Of a DNA stretch of 46,795 nucleotides, positions 36,996-46,093 are shown one piece after another (positions within the stretch are counted from its first letter, which is position 1; every line of letters starts with the position of its first letter). The stretch is from a virus (lineage: Duplodnaviria; Caudoviricetes). The notes beneath the pieces are model-generated. The model saw nothing but the letters and a program-made list of their open reading frames with translations, had not been told where the DNA came from and ran no database searches. The stretch is from the IMG/VR virus record IMGVR_UViG_3300026196_000009, positions 1 to 46,795 of that record; one strand, given 5' to 3'. A program made the translations under genes and the position numbers.

Positions 36996-38159
36996 TTATC
37001 TCCGGTAGCTGCGTGGTATGCCTCGACTCCGTACCCAGCTACCCTCGGCAATTACCTGGGGTGGCGACTGTACTGCGTCGTTACTCATTGCGCTTTTTAA
37101 TCTAGTCTGGTACTCATCGTCAGCATATAGCTGGCGCTGTGCGTTAACTACGCCCGCTGCATCTTTGGCGATACGAGCGGATACAAGTCGTGAAAAGTAC
37201 GCTGGCCAGGATGTTGGCTGCGTTAGCCAATCCGTGCTTACGTACGACACATACAGAGTAGACACAGAGGCGTAAAAGTTCGCCTCGTCTTCAATGTAGT
37301 GCGGTAGTTTATTGATTAGATTCTCATCGTAGTACACGCCGATCAACCTGTGGACATCACCGGGCTTGTTGAACGCATACCGGTATCCCCACTCTGGCTC
37401 TATACTTGGGTCATACTCTATCTTCACAGAGGTAAATCCGAATCTCCACGAGGTATCTTCGAGCACAGATTCAACTGCCTTCGATTCAACTGCGGTATCC
37501 AGAGCTACACGGGCTGGGTGATCGGAGGATCCTGTCGGTATTTTGGCTACAGATAGTATCTGTAGCGCACCGTTATAGATGCCTCGCCACGCATCGCTGA
37601 GTGGTGTTCCCTGGGTAGCCGGTCTGCGCTCTGGCTCCTTAATGCCATCGGAGGCAATAGCCTCTTCTTTGGTAGCGGCAACCGCTGCGTAGACTCCATC
37701 TGCTGCATCAGGGTTGAACTTGAGGCAGATCTTGCTTGCTAGGTACGCCGCCACATACAGCGAGAAGGTCGACGTAAAGTCAGCCTCCGTTACTGTGTTG
37801 TTAATGTAGCGCAGGTAAATAGTGTCATAGTCACACAGCAGGGAGGTGCCGTCGATCATGTACCGGTTAACTTCCTGGTCTAACTCAGGGTCAGAGTAGA
37901 CCCCTACGACAGTCAGGAAGTCAGCAGGTAGGGTGTAGGTGAACGCGAGGGTCAGACCCCCTGTGGTCGCTACGCCAGACAGTACCGATGTTTTAGATGC
38001 AAATACCGGCTGCACCGTCTCAAGACAGTGATCAACCGCGCCCAGGTCCCATATAGCATCGAGAGAATAGCGCTCGTCCCTGGCATCTGTAAGAGCCTCA
38101 AGGACTGAGGCACCTATATTGATGAGGGCTGTGTTATATAGGCTGAGCTGAGTTGCCAT
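36996..38159 (-). CDS. tail tubular protein A / adaptor, tandem-duplicated
   Basis: Two adaptor-like halves: YNTAL..YTLPADFL..LRYI..AYLA and YNGAL..WRF..FNKPGD..VSYV..ARIA. Confidence 0.8.
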   Translation of the reverse strand: MATQLSLYNTALINIGASVLEALTDARDERYSLDAIWDLGAVDHCLETVQPVFASKTSVLSGVATTGGLTLAFTYTLPADFLTVVGVYSDPELDQEVNRYMIDGTSLLCDYDTIYLRYINNTVTEADFTSTFSLYVAAYLASKICLKFNPDAADGVYAAVAATKEEAIASDGIKEPERRPATQGTPLSDAWRGIYNGALQILSVAKIPTGSSDHPARVALDTAVESKAVESVLEDTSWRFGFTSVKIEYDPSIEPEWGYRYAFNKPGDVHRLIGVYYDENLINKLPHYIEDEANFYASVSTLYVSYVSTDWLTQPTSWPAYFSRLVSARIAKDAAGVVNAQRQLYADDEYQTRLKSAMSNDAVQSPPQVIAEGSWVRSRGIPRSYRR

Positions 38160-38163
38160 GCGC

Positions 38164-38640
38164 TTACGCTGATAGTGCCTTCGCGTGGTCACGCAAGGCT
38201 ATCATAGCATCTATCTGTGTCGGGAATGACTTGCCGAACAGTCTATCGCCGGTAGATTCAACCTGGATGTAGAACCCTGTGGCACCACCATTCTTGACTT
38301 TGTAACCTTTCACCTGGTAGTTATCCATCTCATCATCGGAGATAGACTCCTGCAGTTTGTGGAACCCGATGCAGCGCATGCGTACATCAGTGCCCAGCAC
38401 GAACGTACAGATCATATAAGCCACAAAAGTGGAGTCCTGCGCGAGGCAGCGGACTTCGGCTCCTGCTTGTAGTTGACGTGCGTAATTGACCCAGAACTCG
38501 GAGGACTCTAGTTCCTCTTTAGTTGTGTCGCCAGGTACGTACGCTGATAACTGTCGGTACTTGCTTTCAGCGATACCGAATTGAACATCTGAGCCTCTTA
38601 AGGGCCTTACTTGTTTTACTTCTTTTGTTTTACTGGTCAT
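38164..38640 (-). CDS. conserved hypothetical virion-region protein
   Basis: About 158 aa, between capsid decoration and adaptor genes. Confidence 0.7.
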   Translation of the reverse strand: MTSKTKEVKQVRPLRGSDVQFGIAESKYRQLSAYVPGDTTKEELESSEFWVNYARQLQAGAEVRCLAQDSTFVAYMICTFVLGTDVRMRCIGFHKLQESISDDEMDNYQVKGYKVKNGGATGFYIQVESTGDRLFGKSFPTQIDAMIALRDHAKALSA

Positions 38641-38653
38641 TGGTTTTCTCACG

Positions 38654-38712
38654 AAAAAGGGGCAGCGATCATTCTGCCCAAAAATATACTCAGCCCCCGG
38701 AGGAGCTGAGTA
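38654..38712 (-). terminator. two tandem rho-independent terminators after the capsid genes
   Basis: TACTCAGC../..GCTGAGTA plus T tract, then GGGCAG/CTGCCC plus T5. Confidence 0.75.
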
Positions 38713-38723
38713 CCCAGTGCTAT

Positions 38724-39005
38724 TTAGTCAGTGTTAGTGACTGAGATAGCTGTGCCATCAGACAAGTCGGCAGAACCATTGGAATTGATGGTCATAACGA
38801 CGTACTGATGCGCAACTGCGCCTGCTACGCTGTCCATCTGGATGACGAGGTCACCCACCTTCATGCCGAGGTCAGCCGCGTTAGTGATGTAGCCATCAAC
38901 GCGCACTACAGTAGCAGCATCAGCGTCGTCGTACATCCACACGGTAGGGCCTCCGCCTACACGATCCTGCAGCATTGCAGGAGGATTACTTGTTGAATAA
39001 GCCAT
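38724..39005 (-). CDS. capsid decoration/cement-like protein
   Basis: 93 aa after the MCP, GGAGG RBS, GYITNAADLGMKVGDLV. Confidence 0.6.
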   Translation of the reverse strand: MAYSTSNPPAMLQDRVGGGPTVWMYDDADAATVVRVDGYITNAADLGMKVGDLVIQMDSVAGAVAHQYVVMTINSNGSADLSDGTAISVTNTD

Positions 39006-39015
39006 GGTGTCCTCC

Positions 39016-39873
39016 TTAGCCTACAGTGTTGATGATAGATGTATCATTGTGGGTGACCTTGATTACGCCAGAGTTCTGAAGCAGCTTGCTGCCCAGGTAC
39101 GCTGATGTACGAGCCCATGAGTACGCATCTTCTTCGTCGTAACCGACGCGAGTGGTGATGCGATCCATGTCACAAGCGTGGCCAATGGCCTTCTTGTTGT
39201 ACACGTAACAAGTTGAAGTTGCAGTACCTACGCCGGTCAGAGCACTATCAACTATCCAGTTGATGCCGTTCCAGTTAAAAGCACGTGACTTTGATACGTT
39301 TTCGAACGCAGCGTGGGTACGTACCCAGTCGACGCTTGAGAACTGCTTCAGAGTCTGCAAATTCGCACGGAATGCCGGAGTGATCAGCGCGAAGATATTA
39401 TCAAAATCTTCATTCGCGTTGTTCTCTGACAACGTAACCACGATGTCCAGGACGTCTGCAAGGAATGTTCCTTGGTTGGTCTGGGTCATGGTCTTAGTTT
39501 GGGTAGCTGCATCCAGGGCACTGTGGATGTCTTTGTCGAACTTGCGGTTCATGACACCCTGAGAGCCTTCTTGCATGATGCGGCGACCATCGCCTTGAGA
39601 TGCGTAGATATTAAAATCTGTGCGCTCAGGCTTATCGTGCCACTCAGTAAGGGTACAGGTAAATTGGTTCAGGTTATCTGGACGGCCAGGAATACGACCA
39701 TTCAGTCCACGGGTTACTGCATCAGCATCACCAGAGTCCGCCACCAGAAAGATAGCTTCATTGCCTTTGATATCAACTTCAGTTGTCACAGTATGACGTG
39801 ACAGTGCCTGACGTTTCTCAAAACCAGCAATGTACTCTTGGCGATACATTTTTTGAAAAGCTGCGTCGCTCAT
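39016..39873 (-). CDS. major capsid protein
   Basis: 285 aa after the scaffold; FNWNGINWI, YNKKAIGHA, SKLLQNSGVIKV; structured leader upstream and terminators downstream. Confidence 0.85.
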   Translation of the reverse strand: MSDAAFQKMYRQEYIAGFEKRQALSRHTVTTEVDIKGNEAIFLVADSGDADAVTRGLNGRIPGRPDNLNQFTCTLTEWHDKPERTDFNIYASQGDGRRIMQEGSQGVMNRKFDKDIHSALDAATQTKTMTQTNQGTFLADVLDIVVTLSENNANEDFDNIFALITPAFRANLQTLKQFSSVDWVRTHAAFENVSKSRAFNWNGINWIVDSALTGVGTATSTCYVYNKKAIGHACDMDRITTRVGYDEEDAYSWARTSAYLGSKLLQNSGVIKVTHNDTSIINTVG

Positions 39874-39919
39874 CGTAATGTCTCCATAGAGGGTTGATTA
39901 AACTTGCTACGTCTGTTTC

Positions 39920-39988
39920 GAGAAGCCAGCTGATAGGTCTTGTGAGAAGCCGTGGTATGCGGGGTCACATCGCTAACAATCCGGGGTC
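39920..39988 (-). promoter_or_regulatory. structured 5' leader of the capsid gene
   Basis: GACCCCG x2 followed by GGCTTCTC x2, nesting into one long hairpin with two identical internal loops. Confidence 0.6.
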
Positions 39989-40051
39989 TACTCCGTCGGT
40001 GTTAGGATGATAGTAGCGACCTCTACCTGAGGCCGCCACAATTTGCAACAA

Positions 40052-40306
40052 TTATTTTGTATCTTCCTTAGCCTTCACTTCCTTGAACTCGTTGATCTGG
40101 GATTTAGTCTTCACGCCAGACCACGCACGAGCACCCTTGTCGCGCACCAGGAAGTCGCCTACACGAGGGTTGTGTGTGGATACAAAGGTATTGGATAGCT
40201 CAGCTACCAGAGGGGTCTTGCCCTTGCTCAGGATAGCGTTGCCTTTCTTGCCGAAGCCCAGTATTTCTACCGCTTCTATGGTTACTGTCTTGCTGTAGGT
40301 TTTCAT
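40052..40306 (-). CDS. hypothetical protein (PGDYG-like)
   Basis: TIEAVEI...NPRVGDFLV. Confidence 0.65.
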   Translation of the reverse strand: MKTYSKTVTIEAVEILGFGKKGNAILSKGKTPLVAELSNTFVSTHNPRVGDFLVRDKGARAWSGVKTKSQINEFKEVKAKEDTK

Positions 40307-41250
40307 TGTCTCAGGCCCTCCTGGGCAGTGTAGAGTTGTTGTAGCCGGTTTTGCATGTCCTTATCAGCCCAGTACTCCTGCGGTTTCTCCCGCATCATGT
40401 TCTCGATCTTCTTGATCTCGTCGTTCACCGACTGTACCGGGTTGTTGGAGTTTGGTACCACTGCGCCTGCTGGATTGATCTTACGCGCGGTATCCGATAG
40501 GAACTGCATGACCTCGGGGCTATTGAGCACACCACGACCATCTGCCATACGTGCGCCTTTGAAGCTATCACGTACCGATTCTGGCAGCTGGGTCAGAAAC
40601 CCCTCGACCATGTTGATGTTTGTCTGGTACTCAGGTCCCCAGGCTTCTTTCAGGACCTGCACACCCTGCTGGGCGTCCACACCATCCTGCTGCAGTTGGC
40701 GCTCTTGCACGCGCTCCTGAGCTGCTTTGTAGGACCTGATCTGATCCTGCACCGCTGCATCAGATAGGTTGTGGTTATGTGATGCTCCGAATACCTCGTT
40801 GAAGATCTCGGTCTCGTACTCAGTCAGCTCCACGCCCTCAGGCACTGTGTACCCCTTAGGCTCGGTAGGTACACCATTGGCCTCACGATACGCACTCAAC
40901 TGCTCATCAGTTGGGTTCTCTGGGAGTCCAGAGCTGATCTCACCGGAGCGGATCTTGTCGGTCATGGACTTGTAGTTACCCAGCAATCCCTTCAGGTCGC
41001 CCACACGCTCTAGCATGTTGGATAGAGGGGCTGCATCGTCGCCCTCAAAGCCAGCAGCTGTAACTAGGTCTCCTCGCCACGTCTCTGGCAGCTTAGCAAA
41101 CGGGTTACTACCAGCACCGCCGTCGCCACCACTAACACCGCCACCACCATCTGTAACACTAGGATCAGGGCCTCCACCGTCGCCTCCTTCGGCCACGCCG
41201 AATATGTATTGATCGATTAGTAAATAACGTAAGTACTTGAAAATGTTCAT
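40303..41250 (-). CDS. capsid scaffolding/assembly protein
   Basis: Gly-rich N-terminus, GVPTEPKGY, LKEAWGPEY, NSPEVMQFL; between portal and MCP. Confidence 0.75.
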   Translation of the reverse strand: MNIFKYLRYLLIDQYIFGVAEGGDGGGPDPSVTDGGGGVSGGDGGAGSNPFAKLPETWRGDLVTAAGFEGDDAAPLSNMLERVGDLKGLLGNYKSMTDKIRSGEISSGLPENPTDEQLSAYREANGVPTEPKGYTVPEGVELTEYETEIFNEVFGASHNHNLSDAAVQDQIRSYKAAQERVQERQLQQDGVDAQQGVQVLKEAWGPEYQTNINMVEGFLTQLPESVRDSFKGARMADGRGVLNSPEVMQFLSDTARKINPAGAVVPNSNNPVQSVNDEIKKIENMMREKPQEYWADKDMQNRLQQLYTAQEGLRQ

Positions 41251-41504
41251 TCTATTTGTCCCACTGGAAGGTTTAAATATTTAAGGATCTTTTTTCCTAC
41301 AAATGCCCGACCGTTCATGAACCCTGTTGCATCTGGCTGACCAAATGCGATGTGTAGATCATGTGCCCGTGCAAATTTGTTTACGATCACGCTCAGCACG
41401 AGTCGCTGCTGTTCGCTTGTTGCGTCCCCTGTGTGAACGTGTCGTAATGCTGCTTTTTCGAGGTCTGTTAACTCCTCGCATTCGATGGGATCAGGCTGCC
41501 GCAT
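41247..41504 (-). CDS. conserved small protein after the portal (Bbp19-like)
   Basis: TGFMNGRAFVGKKIL motif. Confidence 0.65.
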   Translation of the reverse strand: MRQPDPIECEELTDLEKAALRHVHTGDATSEQQRLVLSVIVNKFARAHDLHIAFGQPDATGFMNGRAFVGKKILKYLNLPVGQIE

Positions 41505-43050
41505 TGTTCTGCTGCGCTGCCATCTGCATCTGTGCTTCGTTCTGCTTAGCCTGCTGTACCATCTCTACCGGGTATAGCCAGCTCTGAGGTGCGCCCACAC
41601 CGGTCACTGCGTCTCGGAATGCCTCATCAAAGTTGAGGTTGTGGCGTACGCTTGGATCGATCTGAGTAGCCTGCGCCAGAGCCTGGCTAACCTGGTTGAA
41701 CCGGTTTAGCTTCTCTTCTTCGTCGGACTGCGACAATGGAGACTCGAACTTAAACTGGGTATCTTTGCCACGTACTGACTCAGGGATATCATATGGTGAT
41801 CCTAGCAGGCCCATTCCCATGGCGATATCGAAGGCCATCTCACAGAGCTGACCGTTGTATTCGGATTCCACGGGCGCGAACAGTGGCAGGTTCTCTCTGC
41901 GATACTGCTTCATGCGCTCTTGTACTTCGTATGCGGTCATATCGTGTCCGACCTCAGGTAGCGCCAGCTTATTGATGTAAAACGCGCTAGATAAGACCTC
42001 TACAACGCTGTCGCGTAACTCCAGGCCAATAGGAAATCCACCACGATCCTGGTACAAGGGGCGGAGGGCTGCACCCATCCTCTCATCGTACTCACTGTCA
42101 GCCCAAGTGATGCCATCAGAGTTAAGATTGATGGATCCCTGGATGACTTTGGATGTAGCGATCAGAGGAGGTCTTGCGTAGCGTTCTCCAGCTTCCATCA
42201 GCGTGTGGGTCATAGCTTGCAGCATACGTGCGTCGGGCAGAGCTGTGATAGCCGCCGGGCTGTAAGCGTAGGGTGATCCAGCGATGGTCTGGAATCGTGG
42301 CACGAGGTAGTGCTTATGGTCAGTAGCTACCTCCTCGATGATGTGTTCGTTCTCGATGTCCAGGAATATAGACACGTAGGATTTGTCTGAGTCGTCACCG
42401 TAGAGGCCCATCGGCATCTGCATGTGATACAACTTGACTTCCTTGGTGCGGTCTTTCTGCTCGCTCTTGCGCATCTTGAGGTGCAGAGCGTCCTCGCGGA
42501 AGTAGTTGTCCAGCTCGTATAGTTTGGGGTTCCACTTGCGTAGAACGCCGCACACCTGACCGGTCTCGTCCTCCCACCACGCACAGTCCCGTAGGTGCCA
42601 GGTACGTATCAAGAGGCCGTTGTACCGACGATTAGGCTCCACGGACATAACAGGTTGTCCAAAGGTTGCGTAGTCGTGATCGCCCTCCTTCGTGGCTTTA
42701 ACAAAGCCTGATGAGCGGTCGTAGAGTATCTTGTATAAACGCTTGGATCCCCAGTCTAACCAGGCTTGGCCTGCGTGGTCTGGTTCCCCGTTGATCCCGA
42801 TCTTAAACCAGTTTGGCCCATCTCTGAGCATAGCCGACAGGGAGTTGCCAAGGTCACGACGCATCATGATTGGATAGGAGTTAATCAGGTTGTCCCCGAA
42901 CTCAGATCCCACATTACGTGTCGTGGTGAAGTCTGCTCGCTCAGGGTAGAAGTTATCTGCGAGTGTCTGCCACAGTGGCAGCATGACGCTCTGTTGCTCG
43001 AATTGCTTCTTTGCAAACTGCAGCAGATCTTTGACGTCCATCTTTGTCAT
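41491..43050 (-). CDS. portal (head-tail connector)
   Basis: WQTLADNFYP, DYATFG, VPRF..GSPYAYSP..ALPD, MTAYEV, FESPL. Confidence 0.93.
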   Translation of the reverse strand: MTKMDVKDLLQFAKKQFEQQSVMLPLWQTLADNFYPERADFTTTRNVGSEFGDNLINSYPIMMRRDLGNSLSAMLRDGPNWFKIGINGEPDHAGQAWLDWGSKRLYKILYDRSSGFVKATKEGDHDYATFGQPVMSVEPNRRYNGLLIRTWHLRDCAWWEDETGQVCGVLRKWNPKLYELDNYFREDALHLKMRKSEQKDRTKEVKLYHMQMPMGLYGDDSDKSYVSIFLDIENEHIIEEVATDHKHYLVPRFQTIAGSPYAYSPAAITALPDARMLQAMTHTLMEAGERYARPPLIATSKVIQGSINLNSDGITWADSEYDERMGAALRPLYQDRGGFPIGLELRDSVVEVLSSAFYINKLALPEVGHDMTAYEVQERMKQYRRENLPLFAPVESEYNGQLCEMAFDIAMGMGLLGSPYDIPESVRGKDTQFKFESPLSQSDEEEKLNRFNQVSQALAQATQIDPSVRHNLNFDEAFRDAVTGVGAPQSWLYPVEMVQQAKQNEAQMQMAAQQNNAAA

Positions 43051-43304
43051 CAGAGAGTACCCTTGCCTGAGCCGAGGATGGTGGACATGCGTCCGCGCTG
43101 CTTTGAGCGTGCTGCTTTCGAGCGCGTGTCCGCGTACTCGTTGGCCTTAGTGGCGTACAGATCCTGGCCTTGCTTGCGCCTGGCTTCGAGATCCGCTGCC
43201 TTCTGTTCTTTGGAGAGCTTCCGGTTCTCCTTGTTAGCTTTGCGGGTTTCATTGGCGGCTAACAATGTAGAGCCTATCATTACGCCGGTCGCTGGATCAC
43301 ACAT
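43050..43304 (-). CDS. small basic virion protein (MCDP N-terminus)
   Basis: 84 aa, MCDPATG...RGRMSTILG; GAGG RBS. Confidence 0.65.
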   Translation of the reverse strand: MCDPATGVMIGSTLLAANETRKANKENRKLSKEQKAADLEARRKQGQDLYATKANEYADTRSKAARSKQRGRMSTILGSGKGTL

Positions 43305-43752
43305 TGTCGGTGCCTCTCTTTTCCCAAACTTCTTCGGTTTTCTTGTATCCCCAACGAGAGAGAATCCCCCCAGCTGGGCTATCGATGGGTATATGTACAC
43401 TAATCTTTGAAAGGCCGCTAGTATTTTCTGCGCGGCCCAAAGCCTCCGTGAATAGCCTGTAAGCTACCGAGGATGACCGGTACTCGGGCTTGATGTAGAT
43501 GGGGCCTGAGCTGACCAGTATATCTGGGTACTCAAGTGGGTTAGGTCCTGTCATCACAACGAAGTATCCCACCACGACTCCTGAGTCCCGTACTGTGTGG
43601 ATGGTCAGACTGCCTGTCCCGGCGAGGGACATGTACAACCCCACGTTGATGTTGAACTCACCTCCCCCATCACACTCGGCGTAATGGTCCCTGAACAAAG
43701 GGTCCAGCTCCCCCCATATATCCTTGAGTGTTTCGATTTGGTATGTGATCAT
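43297..43752 (-). CDS. GNAT family acetyltransferase
   Basis: VVGYF, IYIKPEYRSSSVAYRLF, SRWGY; ATGA overlap with TerL. Confidence 0.8.
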   Translation of the reverse strand: MITYQIETLKDIWGELDPLFRDHYAECDGGGEFNINVGLYMSLAGTGSLTIHTVRDSGVVVGYFVVMTGPNPLEYPDILVSSGPIYIKPEYRSSSVAYRLFTEALGRAENTSGLSKISVHIPIDSPAGGILSRWGYKKTEEVWEKRGTDNV

Positions 43753-45128
43753 CTGCTTCTCCCATATCTGCTGGCAGATCGCTTGGGTATTTCGGTTGCG
43801 GGTGGTCTCCAGTCTCGCATAGCGTCTGGCTGCGTTAGACCGGGGAATAGCTCTGTGAACAGCCACACTCGGGCGTCCATCCTGTCTGGTGATTTGATGC
43901 CGATGTAGCCGCTGGCTAACGTGGCACACATCTGATCCTCGAGGTCCTGGAATATGCCTACATGATGGATCTTACCCACCGCGTCCAGGTTAGCCACGGG
44001 TCCCGCTCGTACTACCTTGCCTCGTGTGGCATTGACCTCTCCGTATGGAATCAGAGGGTTGTGTACGTGGATTGTGGAGCGCACCATGTCACCTCCGTAG
44101 TTCTTCTCACCCACGACCTTGTCAGCCTTCCAGCGCGTGTATGTGTCTGCGACTACCTTGCCCCACTCTTCAGGCTTGTAGCGCCCTGATAGATCCTCCA
44201 GTAGGTATCCGTGGCCATCTTTACCCAGGGCACCGACCATGATACCGATCTCGTCTGACCGATAGTCCTCGGGACCTGAGCACCCTGACGGATCCACCGC
44301 TACGATGATGCGGATAAACTCTGGTAAGGGTTTGTCAGCTTGGCCAAGCACACGATTAGCCGCGAGCATTTCCACAGTCCAGAGCGCACCGTCTGAGTCA
44401 TCTGCGAAGCGTCCGTGCAGGAACCTGTTACGCGAGGCTTCAGGCATCGCTTCGAGGATCTTGATGTACTCCTCGGAGATGTTATCCAAGTTGTCCTTTG
44501 GGTTGATGATGTAGAACCCATAGCGCTCAGGCTCAGGCCATGGCACCTTGTCCTCCGGGTTCTGCTTCTTGACGAACATGAGGTACGTCCAGTGCATCTT
44601 GGAGGGTGGGTTGAAGTCGTAGAATGCTTTGGGTCTCATGCCCTCGACCTTCTGGGCGAGACGTGAGTGCGCGAGCACGATGGACACCCAGGGTATCTGC
44701 GAGCACTCGTTGAAGTACTCAGTCACGAACTCCATGCCAAGGATCTTCTCGGTGCGGTCCTTGTCGTCGAGGCCACCAAACCAGATCTCGCTGCCATTGG
44801 GCAACGTCATGAACCAGTCTGTCTTGTTCATCATCTCGCTCAAAGGTGGGAGCGAGGGGAAGCATAGCCTAAGCACTTTGGGCAGCGTGTCCGCGATCAC
44901 TGAGGCCTTCAGCGCGTTAAATCTAAATCGGAATACAACATGGCGTGAGTTGGGGGCTTTGATCGCCCGGATCATGATCTGCCTGATTAGCAGGAAGGTC
45001 TTCCCTGATCGACCACCACCACCCAGGGCGATGTGCACAGCATCGGAGATGAGCACGTCACGCGCCTTGTCCTGCTTGGGCGTGAACTTGAAGCTTGACT
45101 CCTTGGGGTTGCGCTTACGCCTTAGCAT
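43749..45128 (-). CDS. terL: terminase large subunit
   Basis: Walker A GGGRSGKT, Walker B YFNE, DFNP, nuclease VAVDP...GEKN...PDRMDA. Confidence 0.95.
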   Translation of the reverse strand: MLRRKRNPKESSFKFTPKQDKARDVLISDAVHIALGGGGRSGKTFLLIRQIMIRAIKAPNSRHVVFRFRFNALKASVIADTLPKVLRLCFPSLPPLSEMMNKTDWFMTLPNGSEIWFGGLDDKDRTEKILGMEFVTEYFNECSQIPWVSIVLAHSRLAQKVEGMRPKAFYDFNPPSKMHWTYLMFVKKQNPEDKVPWPEPERYGFYIINPKDNLDNISEEYIKILEAMPEASRNRFLHGRFADDSDGALWTVEMLAANRVLGQADKPLPEFIRIIVAVDPSGCSGPEDYRSDEIGIMVGALGKDGHGYLLEDLSGRYKPEEWGKVVADTYTRWKADKVVGEKNYGGDMVRSTIHVHNPLIPYGEVNATRGKVVRAGPVANLDAVGKIHHVGIFQDLEDQMCATLASGYIGIKSPDRMDARVWLFTELFPGLTQPDAMRDWRPPATEIPKRSASRYGRSR

Positions 45129-45612
45129 CTTTGTCGTCGAGGTACACGTTCATCTCGCCAGCGCCCGACTTCTGGTGATCTTCGTAGGCGTTGTAGTGTT
45201 TGAGCATCGAATCTATCGCTGTGCGCTTATTGTCCAGGAACTTGACGATGGTAGGCTCTCCGCTCAGAGGATTGACCTCGATCTCTTTCACGGCGGCTGC
45301 AGTCACAGCATCCATCTCATGTACAGATAACAGCCGACCCTCTTCGTCGAACGCTTTACGCGGATCGAAGATGGCCAGCTTGTTCATTTCGGCTATCGCT
45401 TCCTGCTTCGTCATGATGATATCGTTGAGCAAATCCTCCTGCAACTCCATCACACGGCCTAGAATCTTCGGGTTGCTCAACCACTCTGAGGCCATCGTAG
45501 CAGCACTGGCTTGAGACTTGCCCACAGCACGCGCCGCCTTAGTACCTTTGTAACCATTGGTCACGTACTCCTGGCAAAATCGCTCGATCTGTTGTTCTTT
45601 TAGCTTTGACAT
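45115..45612 (-). CDS. terS: terminase small subunit
   Basis: FCQEY..GTKAARAVG..AATMASEWLSNPKI; DPRKAFDEEG; KRTAIDSMLKH. Confidence 0.9.
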   Translation of the reverse strand: MSKLKEQQIERFCQEYVTNGYKGTKAARAVGKSQASAATMASEWLSNPKILGRVMELQEDLLNDIIMTKQEAIAEMNKLAIFDPRKAFDEEGRLLSVHEMDAVTAAAVKEIEVNPLSGEPTIVKFLDNKRTAIDSMLKHYNAYEDHQKSGAGEMNVYLDDKDAKA

Positions 45613-45619
45613 GGCCTGG

Positions 45620-45648
45620 AAGGTACTCGAGTCCCTCAACTTTGTCAA
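45620..45648 (-). promoter_or_regulatory. sigma70-type promoter of the late operon
   Basis: TTGACA-17 nt-TACCTT, 7 nt before the terS ATG. Confidence 0.65.
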
Positions 45649-45660
45649 TAATACCCCCAA

Positions 45661-46089
45661 ATACCCCGCACTTCGATTATTTTTCCGAGATTTGCAAAAG
45701 TGCGGGGTATTGCGCAAGTAACTGATATCTATAGGAAAACTACCCCATTTTGCCCTAAAATCACAGTATCCATACCCCGCACTTTTTTTCAGTGTGGGGT
45801 GACCCTAAGTCCTTGATTTCTATCTCTTTTGTACCTTAAATACCCCATACCCCATACTTTAAGTAGTTCAGAAGAATAGAGAGAGAGAGATAGGCTTAAA
45901 GGCTTAAGGAGATACAGAGATACAGAGATACAGAGATACAGGAGTCTGAAAGAGCCGGGTAGGGTCGACTTTGGTAAAAGTGCGGGGTATCGGGGTATTT
46001 TGGGGTACTTTTCCTTATAAATCAATAGCTTAAGTATACCCCGCACTTGCAAAAAAGTGCGGGGTAAGTGCGGGGTAAGTGCGGGGTAT
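45661..46089. repeat. eight ACCCCGCACTT/AAGTGCGGGGT repeats in both orientations, interspersed with IHF-consensus sites
   Basis: Copies at about 45661, 45698, 45772, 45978, 46036, 46055, 46066 and 46077; WATCAANNNNTTR at 45806-45818 (-) and 46020-46032 (+). Confidence 0.9.
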
Positions 46090-46093
46090 TTTG

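Noticed and set aside
16138-45514. Numerous plus-strand ORFs antisense to the late operon (e.g. 42766-43410, 44629-45330)
   Set aside because: They are shadow frames of well-supported minus-strand genes, with no RBS or recognisable motifs.
45613-46052. ORF-track extension of terS to 45717 and ORF 45789-46052
   Set aside because: Both translate the repeat and promoter region into low-complexity peptides. TerS similarity starts at 45612.
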